From: Vulcanimicrobiaceae bacterium | GTDB taxonomy: Bacteria > Vulcanimicrobiota > Vulcanimicrobiia > Vulcanimicrobiales > Vulcanimicrobiaceae | Direction of reading: 5' to 3' | NCBI GenBank assembly: GCA_046262595.1 | Contig: JBHEMM010000033.1 | Location: 1-12,955 of the forward strand | Length of the DNA stretch: 12,955 nucleotides | Shown here: positions 6,233-12,955 of the stretch, piece by piece | Layout of the letters: every line of letters starts with the position of its first letter | Numbering within the stretch: position 1 is the stretch's first letter | The notes under the pieces: generated by a model | Database searches by the model: none | What the model saw: the letters and a program-made list of their open reading frames with translations, nothing else | What the model was told of the DNA's origin: nothing | Made by a program: the position numbers and the translations under genes

Positions 6233-8234
6233 CCGCCGTGTAGTTATCGCAGCCGCCGCCCTATTCATGCTCGCGGTCCTTGCCGGTTCGCTGCGCAATC
6301 CTCTTCGCCGCGTCTTGTATGAACTTTCATTCAATGCAACTACCGGCGCCCGGCTGCACATCGTCTCGCTCTCGCAACGAGGCGCGGACGTCACGTTCCG
6401 CGGCGTCACGATCACCGCCGCCGGCGGAGATGCGGTTTTTTCGGCGGCGCGCATACGCGTCTACCAAGCGCATGGGCAGCGCACCGTGGCCATCGATGCG
6501 CCGTATGCGACGCTGCGCCTGGGGCACGACACGCTGCGCCGCCTCCGCCGCCTGCGCGCCGGTTTGGCGCTGCTTGCGCCGGGCGCGGCGAGCGTTTCTA
6601 TAACGGACGGCACCTTGAATGCCTCGCGCGCCGGCTCGGATGCAGCACCGCTTGCTCTGCGCGCTTTTAACGGCAGCGTCGTGCTGGCAGCGCACACAGC
6701 GCTGCTTGAGGGAAACGCGCAGATGAGATCCGGCGCGCAGCGCTATCCTGTGGCTGTCTCCGGCGGCCGCGTGCGTGCGGCAGAGCTGCCGCTTGCGCCG
6801 CTCTGGGCGCTTCTGCCTGCCTCCGACCTGTCGGTCAGCGCCGGTTTCGCGCAGAACGTCGACGTGGCTCTGTTAGGCCGCATGTCTGGAACCCTCGCCG
6901 TCCGCGGCGTCGAAGGAACGTATGCCGGACATGTGCTGCACGCGTTGCACGGAACGATCCTGCTCGCGCCTGACGGTTTAGCGACGCGCGCGGTTGCAGG
7001 AAACCTGGACGGCCTGCCGCTTCAGCTGAGCGGCGAAGTGCATGACGTACATGATTGGAATCTTGCTTTGCGTACGGGGACGCCCAATCTGCGCGGAGTG
7101 GCACGCGTCTTTGGGATGATCGCGTCCACGCCGCAGCTGCGTTGGCTGCGTCTGGAAACCACGGCGCCCGGGATCGCTTTCGCGCAATACGGCATGGTGC
7201 TCTCCGGCGCGCCGCGCGTCGTTCAACTGCTCACCATCGACCCGCGCGAGAAAACGGTGCATTTCAATACAGCGCTCTCGGGCGATCATCTTGTCTCGAG
7301 CGGCGAGCGCACCTCGCAGATGGGCGTGCGCACCGGTGCCGTTGCCGGACTGAACGGCGACTACTTCGACATCGCGCGCACGTACCAGCCGCAGGGTTTG
7401 TTCATGCGCTCGGGACGCCTGGTGCGCGGACCGGCGAACCGCCAAGCGTTGATCGTGGATCGAAACAACAACGTGCATTTCGACGAGTTCCGGTTGGAAG
7501 GCAGCGCGCAGATCGGCACGCGGACGCTGCCCGTAACGCAATACAACGATTGGCCGCTGGGTTACGTCACGATCGTTACGCCGGATTTCGGCGGAGATCT
7601 TCCCCCGGTTTCCGGATTGCGGTTCCTCACGCTGCAGTACGTGCGGGGCGATCGCTACCGCGTGACGGGCGTGACGCTCGGGCGGGTTCCTTCGCCGCTG
7701 CGTTTCGGTATCGCGCTCGGCGCGGATGTGAAAAATCTTCGTTTGCCGGCAGTCGGCGATGAAGTGCGCCTTTCATACCATATCGATCCGCCGGTTACGA
7801 ATGCCGTTGCCGCCATCGGCGGCGGTCCGCTGCTGCTGCGCGACGGCAAATGGTACGAAGATCCGCATGCGCCCGCACCCGATGAGCGCGACGTACGCTG
7901 GCCGGTGGATGCACTCGGCGTGCTCGACGACAAAACGCTGATCATGGTCGCGGTCGACGGCCGGCACCCCGAGCGTTCGGCAGGAATGACGCGCCCCGAG
8001 TTCGGCCATCTGCTGCAAGATCTTGGCGTCACGGATGCGATGGCGCTCGATTCGGGCGGTTCGGTGACGCTCGTCGCGCGCTCCCCCGGCGATACCGGCG
8101 TCAGCTTGCACAACGTTCCATCAGACGACAGCGCCGAGCGTTACGTTTCGAACGGGATCTTTGTGTATAGCTCGGCGCCGCAAGATTCGCTGCTGCAGAA
8201 CACGCCGGCCGCTTCGGTTTCTACGCGCAACTAG
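6225..8234 (+). CDS. Phosphodiester glycosidase (NAGPA/DUF2233) family protein with membrane anchor and AsmA/TamB-like N-terminal region
   Basis: C-terminal half has VAGLNGDYFD, AIGGGPLLLRDG, VAVDGR, SAGMT, AMALDSGGS and NVPSD..ERYVSNGI. In-frame TTG at 6225 has AGGAG 4 nt upstream and gives MTIRRVVIAAAALFMLAVLAG. Alternative ATG at 6267. Confidence 0.85.
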   Translation: MTIRRVVIAAAALFMLAVLAGSLRNPLRRVLYELSFNATTGARLHIVSLSQRGADVTFRGVTITAAGGDAVFSAARIRVYQAHGQRTVAIDAPYATLRLGHDTLRRLRRLRAGLALLAPGAASVSITDGTLNASRAGSDAAPLALRAFNGSVVLAAHTALLEGNAQMRSGAQRYPVAVSGGRVRAAELPLAPLWALLPASDLSVSAGFAQNVDVALLGRMSGTLAVRGVEGTYAGHVLHALHGTILLAPDGLATRAVAGNLDGLPLQLSGEVHDVHDWNLALRTGTPNLRGVARVFGMIASTPQLRWLRLETTAPGIAFAQYGMVLSGAPRVVQLLTIDPREKTVHFNTALSGDHLVSSGERTSQMGVRTGAVAGLNGDYFDIARTYQPQGLFMRSGRLVRGPANRQALIVDRNNNVHFDEFRLEGSAQIGTRTLPVTQYNDWPLGYVTIVTPDFGGDLPPVSGLRFLTLQYVRGDRYRVTGVTLGRVPSPLRFGIALGADVKNLRLPAVGDEVRLSYHIDPPVTNAVAAIGGGPLLLRDGKWYEDPHAPAPDERDVRWPVDALGVLDDKTLIMVAVDGRHPERSAGMTRPEFGHLLQDLGVTDAMALDSGGSVTLVARSPGDTGVSLHNVPSDDSAERYVSNGIFVYSSAPQDSLLQNTPAASVSTRN

Positions 8235-8350
8235 CGCCTGCGCGCTACGCGTCGGCGCGTTGGCGGTCGGGTGAGGCGCCGTCACCACGGTCATTGCGCG
8301 CGACACGCCGCTGATATCGAGCGACGGGCGGCAGCGCAAAAATCGGGTTA

Positions 8351-9772
8351 TCACGGGGTTCGCAAAAATAGCGCAAGCAATGCAGCCGCGCACGCGGCGA
8401 TTGCGCAGGCGAAAGCGGCCGACGTGAAGGCCGTTGCGTAAGCCGCGTGCAAGCGCGCAAGCAATGCCGGATCGGCGCCGGCTGCAAAGGCGCCGGTAAT
8501 AAGCGCGCCGTGAGGCGCACCTTTGCCGAACGTCCGGTCGCCGACATTCACGACCAGGATGCTGCCCCCAGCGATCGCGAGCATTCCCGCAGCGCGCGAT
8601 ACCGCATTGTTCACCCCTGATGCAGCGCCGGCGAACTCCGATCCGGCGCTATTCATGACCGCGGTCGTCAACGGCGCAACAAACATGGTCATGCCGATCC
8701 CCATCACGACGAACGCCGGAAACAGCGAGACCCAGTACGATCCGTTAGGATTCAAAAACCCGGCGAGCGCGAAGCCGGCGCCGGCGATCAGCGCGCCGGC
8801 AAAAAGCGGGATGCGATATCCGATCCGCTCGCCCATCCGCCCCGCATAACGCGAAAAGGACGTCATAATCGCGACAAGCGGCAGCATCGCCGCCCCCGCC
8901 GCAGCGGGCGTATAATCGCGAATGTTGATGAGATCGAACGGCAGAAAGAACATGATAGCGCCGATCGCCGCGTACATCGCCAGTGTGTACAAATTGCCGA
9001 CGGTAAACTGCGCGGATGCAAAAAGCACCAGCGGCACCATCGGTTCAGGCGCGTTGTGCTCCACGAGCGCAAACAGTCCGAGCAGCGCTAGTCCCGCTGC
9101 GATCACCGCAAGAGAAACGGTATCGAAGCCTTGCACCGGAATGCGGTCCAAGCCCCAGGTGAGGGCGCCCAGGGCGACGGTCGCGAGCGTCGCGCCCGCA
9201 AAGTCCAAGCGTTTGCTCTGCGGATTGCGGCTTTCGCGCACGCCGAACCACAAAAGACACAGCGCGCCCAGCGCGAGCGGCACGTTGATGTAAAAGATCG
9301 CGCGCCAAGAAACGGTTTGAGCCAGCCAACCGCCGGCAACCGGACCCGCCGCAGCTGCAAGTGCGATTGCCGCAGACCACGTACCGATCGCCGCGCCGCG
9401 TTTTTCCGGCGGGTACGCCGCGGAGATCAGCGCCAAGCTCTCCGGAATCATCAGTGCGCCGCCGACTCCTTGCACGCAGCGTGCCGCCACGAGAAACGCG
9501 GGCGCCGCTGCAAGCGCGCATGCGATGGACGCGCCGGTAAAAAGCGCGATGCCCGCACACAGCATGCGCCTTCGTCCGTACCGGTCGCCGAGCGCACCGC
9601 CGATCAGCAGCAAGGCCGATAAAAATAGCGTATAGCCCAAAACGACCCACTGCAGGTGCGTCGCGTCCGCATGCAGGTCGCGCTGAATCAGCGGCAGTGC
9701 GACGTTCGTGGCGGTACCGTCGAGCAGGCCCATGCTGGATGCGAGGATTGCCGCGTAAAGCGCAGCGCGCAT
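8351..9772 (-). CDS. MFS efflux transporter, DHA2 (EmrB/QacA) family
   Basis: LDGTATNVALPLIQRDL (motif D1), GGALGDRYGRRR (motif A), ARCVQGVGGA, GPVAGGWL, WRAIFYINVP and LDFAG. Start ATG at 9772 is 2 nt after the dehydratase stop; the ORF-track extension to 9913 overlaps that gene. Confidence 0.95.
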   Translation of the reverse strand: MRAALYAAILASSMGLLDGTATNVALPLIQRDLHADATHLQWVVLGYTLFLSALLLIGGALGDRYGRRRMLCAGIALFTGASIACALAAAPAFLVAARCVQGVGGALMIPESLALISAAYPPEKRGAAIGTWSAAIALAAAAGPVAGGWLAQTVSWRAIFYINVPLALGALCLLWFGVRESRNPQSKRLDFAGATLATVALGALTWGLDRIPVQGFDTVSLAVIAAGLALLGLFALVEHNAPEPMVPLVLFASAQFTVGNLYTLAMYAAIGAIMFFLPFDLINIRDYTPAAAGAAMLPLVAIMTSFSRYAGRMGERIGYRIPLFAGALIAGAGFALAGFLNPNGSYWVSLFPAFVVMGIGMTMFVAPLTTAVMNSAGSEFAGAASGVNNAVSRAAGMLAIAGGSILVVNVGDRTFGKGAPHGALITGAFAAGADPALLARLHAAYATAFTSAAFACAIAACAAALLALFLRTP

Positions 9773-9774
9773 CT

Positions 9775-10710
9775 TTATGGGAGTGAAGGCGTATTCGCGC
9801 CGCTCAAAAGGACGCACACGCACTCGCCGGCAGCCGGAACGTAGCGCTTCGCAAGCAGCGCGGCAAACGCCGCCGCGCCGCCCGGCTCCACGAGCACGCT
9901 GAGATCGCGCCATAATGCCGATTGCGCGCGCATGATGTCGTCGTCGCTCACGAGCACGACACGTTCGACGAACTGCTGCGCAATTGGAAACATCAGTTCG
10001 CCCGCGCGTTTAGGCGCGAGCGAATCGTTCGCGATGCTGCCTGCAGGCGCATCCACCGGACGCCCCGCTTCAAGCGCCCACGTAAGTGTGGGCGCACCTT
10101 CCGGCTCGACGCCGATGACGCGAACCGTGCCGCCGAAATACGCAGCGATACCGCCGATTAACCCGCCGCCGCCGACCGCAACGAGCATCGTATCGATCTG
10201 CGGCAGCTGCTGCTGCGTTTCGAGCGCGATCGTGCCTTGCCCAAGCAGCGTGTGCGGCTGGTCGAACGCATGCACCGCCATTGCGTTGGTGCTGCCAATC
10301 CATTCTTCGCTCGCGCGTAAGGCGTCGGCGTACCGCTCTCCGCCCACCTCAAGCCGGGCGCCATAGGAGCGGATGCGCTCGATCTTCGCCGCCGACGACA
10401 CGGCCGGCACGAAGATTTTTGCGGGAACGCCCAGTTTCATCGCTGCATACGCGACGGCGGCGCCATGGTTGCCGCCCGAGGCCGCCACGACGCCCACGCC
10501 GGGCACTGGACGCGCCAGCAGATTCGCGAAGGCGCCGCGCGTTTTGAACGAACCCGCGTGCTGCATGTGTTCGAGCTTGAAGAACAGCCGCGTGCCGTCG
10601 AGCCCGAACTCCGCGCCATCCGCCGCGGCAACCGCCGTGCGCCGCACGTGCGGCGCGATCCGGGCAGCGGTTTCAACGATGGAATTGCGATCGATGGTGA
10701 CGGATTGCAT
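9775..10710 (-). CDS. PLP-dependent serine/threonine dehydratase (fold-type II), short form without ACT domain
   Basis: FKLEHMQHAGSFKTRGA (PLP lysine), ASGGNHG, GQGT, AVGGGGL, VEPGGAAAFAA and LLSGAN. Likely start ATG at 10710 (MQSVTIDR), 311 aa. Confidence 0.93.
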   Translation of the reverse strand: MQSVTIDRNSIVETAARIAPHVRRTAVAAADGAEFGLDGTRLFFKLEHMQHAGSFKTRGAFANLLARPVPGVGVVAASGGNHGAAVAYAAMKLGVPAKIFVPAVSSAAKIERIRSYGARLEVGGERYADALRASEEWIGSTNAMAVHAFDQPHTLLGQGTIALETQQQLPQIDTMLVAVGGGGLIGGIAAYFGGTVRVIGVEPEGAPTLTWALEAGRPVDAPAGSIANDSLAPKRAGELMFPIAQQFVERVVLVSDDDIMRAQSALWRDLSVLVEPGGAAAFAALLAKRYVPAAGECVCVLLSGANTPSLP

Positions 10711-10745
10711 GAACGGCCCTGTACCCGCAAGGGGCGGCAGGCCCC

Positions 10746-10908
10746 TATTTCCGATGCGTTTCGGGGCGAGTTTGCTGCGGGCCCGCAACGGGTGCGACCG
10801 GCCGTTCAGCGTCGTGGTCGCGCCGGGATCATCCAGCGCGTTATGCAGATCAGCAAAGTCGAAGGCACGCTCGGCGTCCGGTACGACGCCGGCTCGGACG
10901 AGCTCTAG
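10746..10908 (+). pseudogene. Frameshifted C-terminal remnant of a STAS-domain anti-sigma-factor antagonist
   Basis: Frame 10754-10828 reads ..GASLLRARNGCDRPFSVVVAPG, then after a frameshift 10828-10908 reads IIQRVMQISKVEGTLGVRYDAGSDEL*. Joined, this resembles the second half of RsbV/SpoIIAA-type STAS domains. The TAG ends 3 nt from the convergent ABC-F stop. Confidence 0.45.
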
Positions 10909-10911
10909 CGG

Positions 10912-12714
10912 TCAGTCCAGCGCTTCGAGTGCGTTGACCAGCCGCTCCCATTCCGCGAGCCGCAGTGCGGCGCTTTCATCGAGCGCCGCTTTTTCCGTTT
11001 GCAGCGCGCGCATGCGCACGCCATCGGTATAGATCGACGGATCGGTGAAGAGCGCATCGATCTCGCTCCGCCGCCCGTCGGCTTTTGCAATCTCGCGCTC
11101 CATTCGCGCGATCTGCGTTTCCACTTGAGAGCGGCCTTTGAGCGGCGTGATTTTTGAGGACTTTTGTTTCTTGCCTTGCTGCGCAGATGCAACGGGCTCG
11201 CGCAAGCGCGCTTCGTACGCTTCGTAACCGCCGTCGAGCAGTCCCCACGCGCCCTCTTCGATCCAAAGGACCCGATCGCACAAGCGGTCGAGCAGGTAGC
11301 GATCGTGCGAAACGACGAGAATCGCGCCTTCATATTCGTTCAGCACGGATTCAAGCGCCTCACGGCTGGCAATGTCGAGATCGTTCGTCGGCTCGTCGAG
11401 CAGCAGCACGTCGGCTTTGCGCGCCGTCAGCAGCGCGAGCATGATGCGCCGGCGCTCGCCCCCCGAAAACGCACCGACCGGCTTGTCCGCCTCATCGCCG
11501 CTGATGCGCATCCGGCCAAGCAGCGAACGCGCTTGCTCTTCCGTAACCGGCGCCGCAGCGAGCACCGCTTGCACGGCGGTCAGGGCCGGATCGAGCTGAT
11601 CGTGCGAGTTTTGCGCAAAGTAGGCGTGCTGCGCCGCGGGATTATACCGCACGGTGCCTTGATCCGCGGGCAATTCGCCCGCGATGATGCGCAGCAGGGT
11701 TGATTTACCGGCACCGTTGGGGCCGGCGATGCCGATGCGTTCGCCCTGCTGCACATCGAACTCCAAGCCGGTAAACAGGGTCTGCGCGTACGCCTTCTTC
11801 AGGCCGGACACTTCGATCGCGAACGCGCCGCTCGAACGCCGCGCCGACTCCAAGCGTACCGCGATGCTGCGCGCGGCGGGCGCAGGTGCGGGAGCGTGCA
11901 TCTTTGCTTCCGTGCGCGCGAGCTGTTTTTCGCGGCTGCGCACCTGGCTGTAATCCGACGAGGTGTGCGTAGCGCGCAACCCGGCAACCGTCGCGCGCAT
12001 CTTATCCCGTTCCGCGGTGAACGCTTCATAGTCGCGCCGCTGTTTCTCCAAGCGCGTTTCTTTTTGGCTTACGTACGACGTGTACGCCCGCTTCGCCGGC
12101 GCGTACGTGTGGAGATCGCCGCGCTCGATTTCCCAAATCTGCGTAGCGACGCGATCGAGAAAATAGCGGTCGTGCGAGACGATGAGATACGCATGCTTAC
12201 TTGCGGCGATGAACTCTTCAAGCCAGCGAACCGTTTCAATGTCCAGATGATTCGTCGGCTCGTCCAAAATCAAGTAGTCGGGATCGTCGATCAGCAGGTG
12301 CGCGAGCGCAGCTTTGGCGCGCTGGCCGCCCGAAAACTCGCGCAGCGGACGATCGAACGCCTCGGGCGCGAAGCCGAATGCGCCGAGCATCGTGCGCAGC
12401 ATCTTGTTGCGATAGCCGAATTCCTCGTGCGGAGCGTGCTCGAGCGCGGCATCGACGAGCTGCGCAAGCGTTTGCTGCGTTTCGTCGGAAACGCTTTGCG
12501 AAAGGTAACCCATCTTCGCATCGCGCGCACGCGCAATGCGCCCGCCGAAGGGTGCTTCCACGCCCGCGAGCAGGCGCAGCAAACTCGACTTGCCCGCGCC
12601 GTTCGCGCCGACGAGCCCGACGCGTTCGCCGTCGCTCAAAACGCCGCTTACACCCGAGAAAATCTCTCGCGAGCCGTAGTGACATTCGAGTTGTGTGAAT
12701 CTGAGCAGTTCCAA
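10912..12714 (-). CDS. ABC-F family ATPase (ribosome-associated; YdiF/YheS/Uup-like with C-terminal coiled coil)
   Basis: Two ABC cassettes (GANGAGKS / FSGGQ / LILDEPTNHLD / VSHDRYFLD and GPNGAGKST / FSGGE / LLLDEPTNDLD / VSHDRY), a helical linker, no TM segments and a C-terminal coiled coil. Likely TTG start at 12714 (MELLRF) with AAGGAG upstream at a long 13-nt spacer. Confidence 0.95.
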   Translation of the reverse strand: MELLRFTQLECHYGSREIFSGVSGVLSDGERVGLVGANGAGKSSLLRLLAGVEAPFGGRIARARDAKMGYLSQSVSDETQQTLAQLVDAALEHAPHEEFGYRNKMLRTMLGAFGFAPEAFDRPLREFSGGQRAKAALAHLLIDDPDYLILDEPTNHLDIETVRWLEEFIAASKHAYLIVSHDRYFLDRVATQIWEIERGDLHTYAPAKRAYTSYVSQKETRLEKQRRDYEAFTAERDKMRATVAGLRATHTSSDYSQVRSREKQLARTEAKMHAPAPAPAARSIAVRLESARRSSGAFAIEVSGLKKAYAQTLFTGLEFDVQQGERIGIAGPNGAGKSTLLRIIAGELPADQGTVRYNPAAQHAYFAQNSHDQLDPALTAVQAVLAAAPVTEEQARSLLGRMRISGDEADKPVGAFSGGERRRIMLALLTARKADVLLLDEPTNDLDIASREALESVLNEYEGAILVVSHDRYLLDRLCDRVLWIEEGAWGLLDGGYEAYEARLREPVASAQQGKKQKSSKITPLKGRSQVETQIARMEREIAKADGRRSEIDALFTDPSIYTDGVRMRALQTEKAALDESAALRLAEWERLVNALEALD

Positions 12715-12787
12715 AACGTGCGTCGAGCTCCTTAGTCCGCTCGTTTGTGCAGCACGGCCGGGGAAAACTCCGCTATTGCCCGGCGCC

Positions 12788-12955
12788 TCAAGCTCGGGTG
12801 AGCCGTGCCAGGACCTTGCGGTCGCCTTTGTAGCGCACGCCGCGCCGGGCCGCACTTGCAAGCGGCGCCTGAGCAAGCAGCACGCGAACCAGCTCGCGCG
12901 CCGGCCCGCTGATGACTGCGTCCGGCCGAGCCGTGCTTCCCAAGCGCGAACGCAC
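12788..12955 (-). CDS. 3' end of a gene with an SCP2-like C-terminal domain (as found in HxlR-type winged-helix regulators), partial
   Basis: Not in the ORF track. Translation from the right edge: VRSRLGSTARPDAVISGPARELVRVLLAQAPLASAARRGVRYKGDRKVLARLTRA*. The PDAVI.G and V...GD...L.RL pattern is typical of SCP2-like tails. Confidence 0.6.
   Translation of the reverse strand: MRSRLGSTARPDAVISGPARELVRVLLAQAPLASAARRGVRYKGDRKVLARLTRA

Noticed and set aside
6233..6454. 74-aa N-terminal extension of the deacetylase ORF
   Set aside because: It lies antisense within the NAGPA gene and precedes a clear signal-like start (MVKKLLAL).
8335..8369. Direct repeat CGCAAAAAT twice at the MFS 3' end as a target-site duplication
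   Set aside because: The copies are only 26 nt apart, one is coding, and no transposase or terminal inverted repeats are present.
8121..8393. 90-aa minus ORF containing MTVVTAPH (leader-peptide or GGT-like look)
   Set aside because: It overlaps both flanking genes, has no RBS and no downstream gene to regulate; the resemblance covers only a few residues.
10721..10726. GGGTAC (minus strand) 10 nt before the dehydratase ATG as a third SigB/F -10 box
   Set aside because: There is no GTTT-like -35 element at the required spacing.
12715..12876. 54-aa N-terminal extension of the ABC-F ORF
   Set aside because: It overlaps the upstream SCP2-like gene in another frame; ABC homology begins at MELLRF (12714).
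1..12955. CRISPR array, tRNA/rRNA, IS element, prophage or defence system
   Set aside because: No regularly spaced repeats, RNA-gene signatures, transposase/integrase motifs or compositional break seen. The many other long ORFs in the track are GC-rich shadow frames.

Overview
GC-rich, densely packed bacterial chromosomal window with 13 protein-coding genes (2 cut by the window edges) and no RNA gene, CRISPR array or mobile element that I can support. Left to right: a minus-strand cell-wall operon (GerMN protein > multi-domain N-acetylmuramoyl-L-alanine amidase > glutamate racemase murI, partial); a minus-strand stress-type cluster (ferritin-like hypothetical protein > DUF72 > stand-alone RsbW-like HATPase) with two candidate SigB/SigF-type promoters; three predicted exported hydrolases (SapM-like acid phosphatase, CE4 polysaccharide deacetylase, and a NAGPA-type phosphodiester glycosidase fused to an AsmA/TamB-like N-terminus); a PLP serine/threonine dehydratase coupled to a DHA2 MFS exporter; a probable frameshifted STAS (anti-anti-sigma) remnant; an ABC-F ATPase; and the C-terminus of an SCP2-like domain protein. 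Most notable: the head-to-head overlapping deacetylase/NAGPA pair, both with altered catalytic motifs; the AsmA-like/NAGPA fusion; a perfect 26-bp palindrome covering the RBS and ATG of the cell-wall operon; and the hidden STAS remnant. All family calls come from motif recognition by eye; no searches were run. The gene style is suggestive of Eremiobacterota (Vulcanimicrobiota), but that is only an impression.
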